The notes under the pieces were generated by a model. That model saw only the letters and a program-made list of their open reading frames with translations, made no database searches and had not been told where the DNA came from. The position numbers and the translations under genes are program-made. Below, piece after piece: positions 42,433 to 57,959 of a stretch of DNA of 64,000 nt. Numbering within the stretch: the first letter of the stretch is position 1; each line of letters begins with the position of its first letter. Source of the DNA: the human T2T-CHM13v2.0 reference genome, Homo sapiens; assembly GCF_009914755.1 (NCBI RefSeq), contig NC_060930.1; one strand, written 5' to 3'.

Positions 42433-42549
42433 GTCATCCCTTTGTATAGATGAAGAAACTGATAAGATAGTAAACCAGAATTTTCTCTTTTAAATTTGGA
42501 TCCCTTTTTCACAAAGATCATGACCACCCCATTTGCCCTCTTTCTGTCC

Positions 42550-43250
42550 CTCAAACGATTCAGGTTCTTTCTGCCTTAGCATCCTTGGACTAGCTGACTG
42601 CACTGCCTGGAAAATTCTACCCTCACATCTTTGCATGTTCAACAACTTCCCATTACTTAGGTTTCAACTCAAATGCCCCCTCCTCAGAGAGGTCTTCCTT
42701 GATCACCCGATTTAAAGCAAGCTCTTCAACCCAGACACTGCCTCTTAGCACCCAGCACTTTCTACTTTTATGCTGGCCTGTTGTCTGTCCTTCAAGCAGT
42801 GCAGAAGTTCATGTGATATAATCATTAAGAATGTGGACTCAAGAATCAGATGATCCGTATTTACCTTTTAGTTTTACCACTTATTGACAGTGTGACCTTG
42901 GAAAGTGACCTAATCCTTCTTTCTGTGCCTCGGTTATCTCGTCTATAAAATGGAGATGATAATATTTTCACTTGCAGCATAAAACTTCTGAGAGGATTAT
43001 GTGAATAACAGACACAGATCATGTAAATCAACATCTGACAGAGTAAGCACTCAGTAAGTGTTAATTAAGCTTCTACAGTTACAAGGCACACGGCGCTCTG
43101 TGACGTCATCTCAACTTTAGTGTGTTTATTGTCTGCCTCCACTGCTATGAAGGCATACAGCCTGCCTGTCTTGTTCAACACTCTATCTCCAGCATGTAGA
43201 ATGGCACATAGCAGGGACTCAGTAACTATGTTTAGTTAATGAATGAAAGA
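42550..43250 (+). mobile_element. L2 fragments with a MIR (~42810-43070)
   Basis: 'tcaaatgcccctcctcagagaggtcttcc'; MIR core 'tgtgaccttggaaagtgacctaa...ctcgtctataaaatggagatgataat'. Confidence 0.7.
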
Positions 43251-43979
43251 ACATCTGGTGTGTGCATAGCAGAGACTAATGAGCAAGGTACGGAGGGGAA
43301 GAGTTGAGGGCAGAGTTGCTGTATATTAAGGTAAGATTGTTCCTGGGAACTTTCTGCTTCTGTTTGGCTGTATATTATGCATTTATTTTCTCAGTGCCTT
43401 GCAAAGCCCTCTGTTCTTCTCTGATTTTGTCCATTCTCTCAAGCAGAGATATCTAACCAGCACCTCCACATGCACTCATGACCTATGGGTATAACTTCTT
43501 AAACTGTTAGGACTCAGGAAGAAAAAGTAGAAGGAATGCAGATTTTATGCCTACTTAAGAAAGGCGGGCAGTGGGCCAACTCTGTAAAACTCAGCATCAC
43601 TGTAAAAATAGAGCAATATCCAGAAAGTGAGCAAAAAGAAGGGGACTTTGACAAAAGCCGCTTCTGCCACACACCCTCACATGCAGACAGTCACACTGCA
43701 AACAGAGACACTGTCACCTCCAACACACACACAACCTTGATTGTGCTGTGCTGTTCTATAGGAATCTGTATGTCCACGAGCCATAAAGCACAGGCTCACA
43801 GAGGCTGTCCCATTCTACTACACACCCAGTGCGTGCAGTTCACCAAGTGATCACGGCACCTTGTCTCCGTCTCTTTACCTGGGCAAACATCCATGGCACC
43901 TGTCACCACTCCTCATCCAGTTTCAGTGCCCATCGCCCTCCTGATTGAGTTTCTTAATGCATTCTTGTTTGGTAATGAC

Positions 43980-44121
43980 TAGGATGACATGTGTCCCTCT
44001 TTGTCCAGGATGGCCCTAATTTACATACTTAAGTAATATACCTCAAGTAATTACCTCAAGTAATCACCAATGACATTTTCAAAAGTGTCCCATCTTGGAT
44101 ACTAAATTATATGCCCACCTA
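43980..44121 (+). mobile_element. MER81-like hAT MITE
   Basis: 'aggatgacatgtgtccc...tcaaaagtgtcccatcttggatactaaattatatgcccaccta'. Confidence 0.6.
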
Positions 44122-44503
<382 letters not shown>

Positions 44504-46508
44504 TGAGCCCCAAAAGATCATCAGAGAGCAATCCACTGGATCTTCTGAATCCAATAGTAAGCTAAGAAGCTTTCACTGATCCATTTCTAAAAAGAATGCA
44601 GGAAGTAGGAGGATATCAAGGTGCCAAGATTATGGTGGAATGTTGAAATGCAGGTGAGCTATAATAAAATGGAGTGGATGAAAAAAAAAGGTGGAGTCTT
44701 ACTTCCTTTAGCTTCTTTATGCTAAATACATAAGTAGGTGTATTTCACCATTTAGAATAGAGCAACCCTAAGAAACTGCCTGTAAAACAAATTTCTGTTT
44801 ATCATAGCCAATGTGCCTGTTGCACTTCTATTTAAAATATATTGCTCAGTGTTTTTATATTCTGGAACAAATGGACTTAAAAGCCTCATGAAATTTTCCT
44901 TACATGTGACTGGGGTGATGTAGGTTGTTTGAGGTGCAGTGATGCTGCGTTAGTTCTTCCCCAGAGTGCACACCTTTGACATACCATATCCCCTTCCTGA
45001 AGAGCAGTCTAAAGGTCTCCAAGGCCCCCTCATGTGTGTTCTCATCTCCTGAATAAAATTCTAAATCTTTTATGCAGGAAACAAGCTTTGTATTTTTCTG
45101 ACTTTTCATTCAGCTTTTCATACAAATACATAAATACCTTCTTGATGTAAAATATTCAAATAGTACTTTTCGTATATAACTCAAAAGATCTTGCACATAC
45201 TTGGCATAACATAGGTGTTTAGGAAAACCTACATTTAATAAATAATATGTAGTCGTTTAGCGTATTTGAAAATGCTGCTGGTAATGTGCCATTAGAAGGT
45301 TTTTCCGCTATGAAATAGATCACACACACAAAGGAGTGTACAAAATGTATGCTAGTGTGTAAAGTCTACTAATAATACGAATGCCCCAATACTCGTCATC
45401 CAGCTTAAGAGACAGAGTGTTACCAGTATCTTAGAACTTCTCTGAATTCCCCATCCAGATTCTCCTTTTTCGTCCCTCTTCAAATTTCATGTTAATCATT
45501 TCTGCACTTTTCTTACATTGCTAGACAGTGCAAATTGTTTTCCAAAGTGGTTGTACCAGTTGACATTCACACCAGCAGTAGATGAAAGTTCCTGATGTTG
45601 TATATATATCATTGTCAATACTTGGTATTGTCTTTTCGATTTTTGACAGTCGCTTTAGTGTGCAGTGGCATCTCAATTTCATTCTAATTTGGATTTTCTG
45701 GATACTAATCCTGTGTCACTCATCATTTGAGAAAATAATTTCTCCTAATTTATGGACTTTTTTCAGTTGTTTTATGATAGAGTTTGATAAAACAGATGTC
45801 CTTAATTTCCATTTACATATTTTTCCTTTTAGACTTCGTGCTTTTTGAAGCTTAAGAAATGCTTTCCTACCTGGAAGTCATAATGATATTCTGTTATATT
45901 AAATGTTTATAATTTTCATCTTTTACATTTAAGTTGCTAACCTTACTGGAAATTATATTTGCGTATGGTATGAGGCAGTGAGATTGTTAAAATCTGGATA
46001 ATCAATTGTTCTAGCACAAGTAATTAAATAATCCATCCTTTCCCTCAACTCTTAAATGTCTGCTCTGTGTTACTGAAGTTGCCACATATGCATGAGTGTG
46101 CTTCTCAACTCTCTCTTCTATTCTGTTGCTCAATTAGGTCATGTATCTTCCTAAACTAAAACCACATGTTAATCATCTTAACTTTGTGATAATATTTGAT
46201 ATCTGGGAATGCAATCCCCCATGCTGTTGTAGTCATTGTTACCGTTTTTCTTCTTTAGTTTGACATGTAAAACCATACTGAAGTTTTTGTTGATACTTTA
46301 TTTACTCAATATCTACATAGCTTTTAATTGTTAGATAAACTATAGATACAGAAAAGCCACTGAAATGTACAGCCTAAGGAATAAGTATTAGGTGAAGAAA
46401 AACAGAACTTTGCTAGCCACCCTAAAAGTTTCCTCCACGTTCCGCAATCCAAACACAACTTCTTCACCTCACCAAAAGCAACCACTATCCTGAATTTTAT
46501 AGTACGCT

Positions 46509-46660
46509 CTTTTTTATTTTTTTATCTTTTTAAATTTTTGTAGAGATGGGAGTCTCAGTACGTTGCCCAGGCTGGTCTCAAACTCCTGGGCTCAAATGGA
46601 TCTTCTTGCCTCAGCCTCCCAAAGTGCTGTAATTATTGGCGTGAGCCACTGCGTCCAGCC
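46509..46660 (-). mobile_element. FLAM/AluJ left monomer
   Basis: Single monomer with poly-T. Confidence 0.8.
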
Positions 46661-47385
46661 ATAGTCACTTTCTTGAAGTTCTTTATAATCTAAGTATAGT
46701 ATTGCCTGTTTTTAACATTTATAAACTGTAAAAATAGCTCTTTTGGTTGTACAGTTCAATGAGTTTTAACACATGCACAAATTCATGAAATCACCACCAC
46801 AATCAGGATACAGAACAGTTCTATCGCCCCTGAAAATTCCCTCATACTACCCTTTTGTCGTCAAACCTTCCCTCACCCTTACCCCCGTCAATTACTGGTA
46901 GTCTTTTTCCAGAATGTAATATAAATGAGACAGTGCAGCACATGGCCCTGATCCTGGCTTCTCTTAGTCAGCGTAATGCATTTGAGATTCATCCACATAG
47001 TTGGTATCATTTTATCACTGAGTAATATTCCACTGTGTAGATACACCATAGTTTTGTAACTGCATTCATCCGTTGAATGACATTTGGATTGCTTCCTGGT
47101 TTGGGTGACTATGAAGAATGCTTCTGTAAATATGTGTGTACAGGTTTCTGTGTGAACATGAATTTTTATGTATCTAGGTTAAATACCTAGATTGCCGGAT
47201 CATACGTTAAGGGTGTATTTTACTTTATAACTGTCAAACTGTTTCCCAGAATGACTGCACCATTCCACAGTCCCACCAGCAGTGTATGAAAGTTCGAGTT
47301 GCTTTGTTTCCTCACCATCACTTGGGATTGTAAGTTTTATATATTTATTTTTGTTTTAGCCATTCTAATAGATGCATAGTGGTAG

Positions 47386-47834
<449 letters not shown>

Positions 47835-48637
47835 CAGATTCCATTTTTAAATTGTTCATTGAGTTTTGAGAGTTATTTATACATTCTAGGTAACAGTCCT
47901 TTGATGCATATGAGATTTGCAAATATTTTATCCCTGTCTGTCACTTGTTTTTTCATTCTCTTACCATTGTCCTCCAGAGAGCAAAATTTTTTAGTTTTTA
48001 AGTCTACTTTATCATTTTTTCTTTTATGGATCGCGTTTTTGGTGACACGATCCCAAAAACTGCCCAATCCAAGACCACAAAGATTTTCTCTTGTTTTCTT
48101 CTAAAATTTTTGTAATTAAAAATAAAGTTAGGCTTAAGTATAAAGTCTATTTTAAGTAAAATCTTTTATAAGGTATAAGGTATATAGATGACCAATTGTT
48201 CCAAGACCATTTGTTAAAACAACTCTCCTGTCTCCATTTAGTCTTTACACCTTTATCAAAAATAAGTTGACCATGTTTGTGTGGCTCTATTTCTGGATTG
48301 TATTTTCTATTCCATTGAGCTATGTGTCTATCCTTATGCAAAAATCACTGTCTAGATTACCAATAAGTCATAAAATCCAGTAATGGGAGTCCTCTGGCTG
48401 TTCTTTCACAAAATTGCTTTGGCTATGGTAGTTCCTTTAATATTCACTAAATTTTACAATCAGTTTGTGTATTTCCACAAAATTCTGCTGGGATTATTTT
48501 ATTGGAATCATTTTGAATCTATAGATCAATTTGACAAGTATTGGCATCTTAACTATATTTAGTGTTCCAATGCATTAACAAAGCATGTTTCTCAATTTTT
48601 GGGGTCTACTTTGACTTCTAGCATCAACATTTTGTAC

Positions 48638-48937
48638 TTTTTTTTTTTTTTTTTTTTTGAAATGGAGTCTCTCTCTGTCACCCAGGCTGGAGTGCAGTGG
48701 CGCCATCTCAGCTCACTGCAACCTCCGCCTCCCAGGTTCAAGCAATACCCTGCTTCAGCCTCCTGAGTAGCTGGGATTGCAGGTGCCCACCACCACACCT
48801 GGCTAATTTTTGTATTTTTAGTAGAGACAGGATTTCACCATGTTGGCCAGGCTGGTCTTGAACTCCTGACCTCGTGATTCACCCGCCTCGGCCTCCCAAA
48901 GTGCTGGGATTACAGGCGTGAGCCACCACGCCCGGCC
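48638..48937 (-). mobile_element. AluS (Sg-like)
   Basis: Full dimer; TSD aac.ttttgtact. Confidence 0.92.
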
Positions 48938-49169
48938 AACCTTTTGTACTTTTTAGCATATAGATCCTACATGTCTTTTGTTATATTTATACCTAAATAT
49001 TTAGCTTTTGAAGCTATTGTAGATGGTGCTTTAAAAAAAAAATACAGTTTCCAATTGTTCATTGCTAATATGTAGAAGTAAGACTGATTTTTGTATGATC
49101 ACCTGGCATACTGCACCCTTACTAATTTCACCTGTTGGTTCTAGGAACTTCTAAATAACAGTATTTTCT

Positions 49170-49255
49170 ATATAGTTATCTATTATATATATATATATGT
49201 AATATCTATCTATCTATATATCTATATAGTATCTATCTATCTATATATATCTATG
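49170..49255. repeat. (TA)n/(TCTA)n microsatellite
   Basis: Directly visible. Confidence 0.9.
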
Positions 49256-49487
49256 TAATCCTGTTGTCTCTGAATAGAGACTGTATTATTTCTTCCTCTC
49301 TAATATGTATGAGCCTTATTTTTCTTGCCTAATTGCATGAGCAACAGCTTCCAGCATGATGTGAAATAGAAACAGTGAAAATTTACATCTTTGTCCTGCT
49401 CCTGATCTTCAGACTGAATGGCAACATTCAGTGTTTTACCATTAAGTCTGATATTAGTTGTAGGCTGTTAGTTGAGGTCCTTTATCA

Positions 49488-50018
<531 letters not shown>

Positions 50019-52529
50019 TTATTCTTTTTTCACATTGATGAATTTGATATGCTAATATTCTATTGAGAATGTTGGCATCTTTACATGGGAGATATTGTTC
50101 TGTAGTTTTGTTTTGTTGTGCTGACATTGTCTCATTATAGTATCAGGGTAATGCTGGTCTCCTAAAATGAATTGGAAAGTGCTCCCTCTTCTGTTTTCTG
50201 TTTCCAATCAGATATATCTGGGAGTGGACTTGAGATTTCATGCAGAGATTTATGGGATTCTTTTCTCAAGCTCCCTCCTCTGTGATTTCTCTATGTCCTC
50301 CAGCTCTCAGAGTCCCCTTTTCCCGGTCTCTTAGTTAGAAATACAGGATTTTATTCTCCCCATTCTGTTATACACTTTCCATGGCATGGTTCATTTCCAG
50401 GGTGAAGCGGCAAGAGAAAAGAAGCAAAAGGCTCTCCCCACCCTTTCAGATAACAGGGATCCTTTTCCTCGTTTCTTTCCTCAGAGAGGATTTTTCTCTC
50501 TCTGAGGGATTTAGTTGCCTGTTCACCACTGCTGCCACCAACAGGGCTGCAGTAATACATCGTCAGGACTGGGCATTGCCCCATGGGAGGGGCAGGAGAG
50601 GGAGAAAACAGGGGATTTCCCGTACTCTCTTTGTCCTGAAGTGCCCCACCCCTTCCTTATCTTCTGCTTAGAAAAACAGGGATTTTTCTGGAGATTTTTC
50701 TGCCCGTGCTTGTTATGCAGTTCCAGGATTCAGGCTACCCAGAGACTAATCAGGGAAATACAGAAAGAAAAAATAGGAAAGTTGCATGCCATTCACCAGT
50801 TTTCAGTTTTTTAATTCTCTTCCCAATCTACCTGCTATTGTTTATTTTCAGAGTCCTCAGACAGTTGCTTTGTTTAGTCTGTCCCTGGGTTTTTAGTTGT
50901 GATTAGTGGGACACAGAGTGTGTGCTTCCTTCACCAACTGAAAACAGAAGTCTGGTCTTTCTCATTTAAACCAAATTCGACATGTGCATTAGATCTCTTT
51001 TAGTCTACAAGTTTCCCTCCATCCTTTCCCCCCTTACAATATATTTGTTAAAGAAGCTGGGCCATTTGAGTTGTAGTATATTTCTCATACTCTAGATTTC
51101 ATGGATTAAAACTCAGGTTTGATCTCTTTTGCAAGAGTATAGGTGATTGTGTGTTCTTCCACTGGGAAGCAAATGATGTTTTGTTGTCTATTTTTCTATA
51201 ATCTGCAGTCACTATGCTAGACCTCTAGAATCCATTAATTCATTAGCAGGTGCAAAATGACAATGTTAACTTCCATAACTTCTTCTTTACTTATTCATTG
51301 GAGTACATTTTAAAAGAGAAACGTTTCTCCACCTACTATTTGGTTACTCAGTGGAATAGTTCTTATGGACAAGTCAGGATAAATGCTTGTTTCTTTCCCC
51401 CCTTCCAATTATTATCTTTATTAAAGCTCATATTGTTCCATATTTGACCTGGGAGCATCTTCAAGCTGGCTCCTGAATCCTTTTGATGTGACTCCAGTCA
51501 TCTTTGATAACCTCCCTGCTCTCTGATATGACAAGATGTTCCAGGCTCATTTTGTGCATTTCCTACTCCAGACCTGGAATCAACCATTTCTCCAAGAAGC
51601 CTTGATATCCTTCAGTGGAAAATCTAGTAGTGTTTCAATACCATCACCTAGGTACTAGGATGCTTGTTGCTACTGGATTAGTCATTGTTTTTAAGGCATT
51701 TTTAGTGGATAGAGCTAGAAAAATTATATGTGAGATAAAATAATTTCGTATTGACTTTATATTTAAATACAGGGTTACAAATGTTTCACTTACACTTTTC
51801 TATATTACAACTGTATTTTCTTTCTTCCACACCAAGAATCCTGACTCTAAAGGATACTGGGGATGATACAATTAGAATATACCATCACTATTTGTTCAAA
51901 CCACATAGTATACAGAAAAGCAAGCTAATGCTACCACTACCAGTATACATACTAAAAGCGTTTTTTTTTAATTTTCACATGTTCTCCCCATTTTTAATTG
52001 TTGTCCAGTGTCTATTTGTCAAAACATATATCCATTACATACTGTACTCTCTTTCTTTTGAGCCTCATTAAGTCTTAGTTCTAAAAGTAACAATACACTT
52101 AATGTTCACCAGCTCATCTCATGTCATTACATCTCTAGTTATTTTGGTTGTCTGAGATCATTCTGAGTAGATTACTCAGAAGGACCTCAGGTGAACAAAA
52201 TTCCCTGAGTTTTTGCATCTTTAGTAGTCTGTTCTGGTTATGCTTGGAAGTCAGTTTTGCTGGATATAAAATCCTTGCCTCACATTTTTTTTTCTTTGAA
52301 TATATAGTACACATTATATTTTTATCTGTTGTTGTTTGAAAGTCTAATGGTAGTATAATTTATTCCCCTGTCTAAGTTGCATATCCTTTTTGGTTAGATC
52401 CCCCCAAAGTATTTTTCCTATTTTTTAAGGTACAGCAATTTTACTAGAATATGTCTTAGTGCTGGTCATTCTACTTTGACATTCTGAGATATGCAGTGTG
52501 ACTTTTCAATACATAATTTCAAATATTAT

Positions 52530-52830
52530 TTTATTTCAAAATAGTTATCTTGAATTATATGATTTTGAGAGGGGTAATAAAACAATAAAATTTTGAGGGG
52601 ATTAATAAAATAATACATCCTTTGAGAGGATTAATAAAATAAACAAGATAATAAAGTAAATAAATATAATTCAGATAACTTCAAAATAGTTATCTGAATT
52701 ATATTGAGAGGATTAATACATAATAAATCAACATAATAAATTTTATTAATAATATTAATAAAATAAATTATATGACTTGAATAAAATAAATTATATGATT
52801 TGGAGAGGATTAATAAAATAAATTCACATT
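52530..52830. repeat. AT-rich patchwork repeat with 18-bp perfect inverted repeat
   Basis: Five variants of 'ttgagaggattaataaaataa'; arms 52663-52680 / 52688-52705. Confidence 0.85.
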
Positions 52831-55800
52831 GCCTTTTATATATTAATATTCAATTAACATTAGCTATAATTTAAATATCAAAATTCGGAATTCTCTTCCA
52901 CCACCCAGGACAGATGAAGGAATATTTGCAGCTTCAGATTTCTAAGACCCTGAATGCACTGTTTGATGGCGAGAGGAACAGTGGTCAGGAGCTAGTTATG
53001 TTCACCATAGGCTGTTAGGCACTAACGCCTCCCATATGGCACTAGGTAGGAAGCAAGACTGTAAAGATGTGCTGGCTTTGATTCTTGAATTTTGGAGCCA
53101 GAAATTCCCTGTAACTCAGCCCTAGTCCTGGAGCACACTTAGAAACCTGGAACTAAGTAGAGTCTTCATGGGTAAAATGTGTTGCCTCATTACCTGACAT
53201 AGGACTAGCCCTATTTAGATATAGCTGGAAATTGGAATTGATTTAAGAAGTGCTGAAAGTTTTATCTGCCTTATTACATCTCTCACCAAAGTGATCCAGT
53301 GTCTGAAATCTCCTCTGTAACGTTGCCAAGGACAGCTCAAGTAGCAGATGCATAGCTGGGATTTGAACAGGAATCTTTCTAACTCTAAAGACAAAATTCT
53401 CAGCATTCTATTCTCCTTAGTTACTTCCACTTAGTTTTAGGCACACATTAGAACTGTGTGCATGAAAACAGGGTATGTTTTCCCAGCCTGCCTTGGAGAA
53501 AAGCCATCCATTTGTTCCAAGCACTTTGCTTTCGGTTCCCCATTGCCAGTCTTAATAGTCAGCTCTAGCAGTGCTTGACTTTGCAACAACATGTACTTTA
53601 TTAACTCGAGTTATATTAGAGCTGTAGGAACTGATCCCATAGATGCCAGCAAGATCTTGCCTGTGTTACCACTTCTGCCCTTCATCTTGCTAACCTGCTG
53701 CTTTGCTCCAGCACAGAGCCCTCTTGACTGCTTTCCCTGCCAGCATGGCTGGGTGGCAGAGGTTGCTGCCTGGCGTTTCATGGGCAGGCAGCATTGTAAC
53801 AAGGGACATTCCAGTGTTTACTTAGAAAAAGGGTGGAGACATTTTTCTGTAGAGGTTCACTGATCATGGGAAAAAGATGTCCAGAGGCAACATCAGTAAA
53901 AAACATATATATATCAAATATAAGTCTCAGCCACTTTGCATATGAAAAACTGTTAACAGGAAAACAAATTAGAAGAAAACAATTTAAAAATTATTGTTTC
54001 ATATTGTGGCTGTGTTTAAAAGGGAGATTTGGCGACAAGTAGAAAGAAGAAAGGAAATACTGTTGAAAAAAAAATTCTGAGGGATGGAGTAAAACCCAAA
54101 GGTTTAAAGAGAGCAATTGAATATATATACATATACACACACTTATTTACGCATATAGGTATATATGTACATATATGTATACCTATTCAAATGGATACAT
54201 ATATTCAATTGTGTCTATTCAATACATAAACTGTCTTCAAATATATATTCCATTGAATACAATATTTAATATGTGTGTATATCCATTCATTGATATTTAT
54301 AAGTTACACACACACGCACACGAGAAAGGGAGAGAGAATCAGTCAAAGGAGACAAACACACTTCCCTGGCCCCACTTTGTTTTTTCTGTTGCTACCCTCT
54401 CTTTCTCCTGCAGCCATCCACCAATGTTCTGCCTTCCTCCTGTAGCTTCATTTTGGCCCAATTCCTGAGCCAGTTGTGAAAGGAAAGTAGAATAGCCACA
54501 GCCTCATTGCTACCAATGTGATGGGTCTTAGAGTCAAATCTCAGGACCCACATATGGGTTCCAACTGGCCAGGCTTATTTGCTTGGCAACCCAAGGGGCT
54601 CAACAAATCTTAACAAATGACTTCCCAGAAAACCTGGAAGCTGGACAGGTAGGCAGGTGGGTGAGGGTGAGGGGGTGAGGAGGGAGTGGCGGATCACAAC
54701 AAGTCCTGTATCTCCATGACATGCCTAGACTGAGGCTCATCTTCACCCATTTATTGTTGGGGCTGTTATTTTACTATGACCAGAGCACCTTCTTCTTGGT
54801 GGGGGTTGAGTTTATTCCTACAAGAATCACCCTGGGAAGAGATGATGATGGGACAGGAAAAGAGGACTCAGAGGCAGGCCTCAAATTGGTTATGAGGGAA
54901 TATCTCCTCCTCTGTCTGAGACTTGGAGCTAGCTGTTCAGGCCCAAGCTCTGATATCTGGAGCACTTTGGAGCTCTTCTTTTGGGGGCCCAGCAAGGCAC
55001 CCGGAGGATGGCACAGGAATTAGGCTGTGTCAGTAAATTTCTCTCCGAGTTATGTTTCTTGTCCATCACTTCAGAACTCCAGGAAAACTCTCACCAAGAA
55101 ATGGGCTGGTGTCTGCCCTGTAGTGGGGAATTAAGAGAAAGAATGTATTCCAAGTTGGTGACAGGGTAGACAGGGAGAGCAATGCCCTCTCCCTGGAGGC
55201 CACAGGGGTATCAATAGCAGTGGTATTGACAGCAGCAGAAGAGAGCTGGGTGCAGAAGGATAAACGTCCTCCCAGGCGTTGTAGGGGTCAGCAGCAGTAT
55301 CCTGTGACAACAGAAGGACAGCGGTGGGAGGGTAAGGCCTGAGGGACCTGCACCAACCCCAGAAATTGCATGGACATCTTGAAAGGGATGAGTTCGAAAA
55401 CAAAACTTATGATATCAACAGCATTGGGTTAGCATAACACCAACTGCTGTTTATTGTGTAAAAAATGCTTTCCATAAATCATCCCATTTAATCATCCCCA
55501 GAACCTTAGAAGCAAGTTAATATCTCTAGTGCTATTTTGCAAAAGAGGAGCCTTAACTGAAGCTCAGAGACAGCAAATAGCTAATAAATGACCCCGGGGG
55601 CTTTGAATCCAGATCTGTGCCTCCAAAACCAGTGCGCTTTGCACCACATCAGACTACCTCGCCCTGCTACCTCATTAATCAGAAGCTTAGGAAATCATGT
55701 GAGAACACTGACAACATTGCATTATGTAAATGAAAAGCTGCAGAGAGAATGGGCTGGGCTCAGCCTCCATTCCACACTCGGCGGCTTTTAAAGAAGTTGC

Positions 55801-57959
55801 CAATGGTCAGTTTTATGTTTTCATTGTGCTTGGGTAACTATAGGCATAAATGAAAATATAGTCTCTTGCTGTTGGTTTCATGCATAGGATTAAATTGAAG
55901 TGGAAGATTGGATTTGGCTCCAAGTCCAAAGTTTTCCCAAGCTGGTACAAAATTACTTCTTCTATTAATTCCATTTTTTTGGACACCTGGCTTCCATGTA
56001 ACATGAGCAACTTTTCTACATTGCTCTATTTTGTTCTCTCACTTGCTTATCTTCTGAATCATTATCACAGCTCTTCCATAGCTCATGCTCAAAGTAAATA
56101 TCAGTGATTGAAAGAAATTAACATGCCACAGAGGCTTCCTTCAGCAACAAAAGAAATATAACAGTCACGTTGCGGTACAAGTAAGCCTCTAATTCAGATA
56201 CATAATGTTTAAACAGCCTTTAGAGATGGACCTTGTAAACCTTTTCTTGGAGAAGAAAACATAACACAAAAATATAGGTTTTAAAGTAGGTTCACATCAG
56301 ACTCAATATATACCACTATTTTCTCATACATGAACCCTTTCATTTCACATTTCTTTCTGAGCCATTTGTGTCACTTTGATTTGCAATTATTTCATGAGAA
56401 ACTAGCAGAGAGATATACCTGTTTATCATACTTATATTTGCAGCAGTGTAAGAATATTTAACTACATTAAAATTATGACAATATTTTACACACAGTAAGC
56501 AGCTTTAGAATAAGAAGAAAGCATTCCATTGGCCTAGATTGCAACCTTGTTCTCTGCACGTGATACAGAATATAATCTGGCATTCATCTCTAGACAGTAA
56601 GTTTTCCAAGGTTTCAATCCCACGGTGTTTGTGTGGCTATAATCTCTCAGACATTTTGCTCTCCCATTTTGTGATTCTGTCACACTTAAATGGGAGAAAA
56701 ATTACATCACACTATAACCATCCAGGTCCCTATTATTAGGACATTTACTAGTGTTTTGCCTGGACATTATGAGGAATGATAGAAATACCTTTTCCTTGTA
56801 AGAGGTCCATACTTGGCGAAGGTGGTTTAGGTATAGACTAACACAAAAATGGCCTTGATGCAACAAGGGCAAATTTTAAAAGTGTATTAAACTGGCATAT
56901 AGAAGTTTTCCACTTAAAATTATATTGCCATGATAAAATACTCCCAGATTACAGTTTTCATTGGTTGGTTGCTTTATATTTTCTCTGTCCAGGAAACAAT
57001 TATGGACAGCTGACCATTGCTATTTGTCCAATATGGTGACCCATATATTATTAATAAAAATCCTTCCAGTGACTAATGGCTTGAGGGTAGGGATGAAGCA
57101 AGCATTTTGGAGCTTTCTTAGAGCACCATTAAGATATCACCAAAACTTCATTCTAACTCCAGCTGTCACTTCTAATATTTTAACCCATGATGGATGAATT
57201 TTTAAATATAGATGCTACTATTTTTATTTAAGTGGCTAGGAATTTTTCCATGTTCACAAATAATGCAAGACTGAATGAAAGGGCCTGATATTAGTCTGAA
57301 AATGGAAAAGTGTTGATGGAGGCAGTCTCAGTAATTCTGTCCCCTGGTCACATTCTCCAGAGGGGAGCATGAAGAAGCTTAGAAATAAGGAAGACTTTTT
57401 TTTTTTTACCCAATTTATCAAGACCAGGACATAGTGACTTACGTTGCACGCTCTTTCGTTATAACAGTAGCACCTCCACTTACTATGTACATACTCCATA
57501 CCAGACACTGTTATAGGTAGAGGCTGTACATATGTTTGCCCTTTACAATGACCCCCCATTGTTATCTGCAACTTACAAGAGAAAACTGAAGTGAGACACA
57601 TTATGGACCAAATTTAAAGTGACAGCTATGTCAGGCTTCAAACTCAGGCAAGCCTGGCTTGAGGGCCTCTCCTTTCACCAGGATAAGATTCCGCCTCTGA
57701 TCTCATGTGATGATAACACACACCTGGCATCACGAGGTCCTCATCTGCTTTAGAGATGGCTGAATGAAGCTAGGTAGATTTCAGTCATACCCACACCACA
57801 GTTAATAGGCCCTCATCTGGGGATAAATCTGGAGTAATTGCAACTCTCTACTCCCCTGGCTTTAATTTGGATTATCAACATTTTCAAACCTCCTAAATAA
57901 AGTGATTAGAATGGAAATGTTGTCATGCGAGATATAGTTGGCAAATTCCCTTATAGTTG

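Noticed and set aside
52560-52830. Repeat-spacer pattern resembling a CRISPR array
   Set aside because: Primate DNA, degenerate AT-rich repeats, irregular self-derived spacers, no cas genes.
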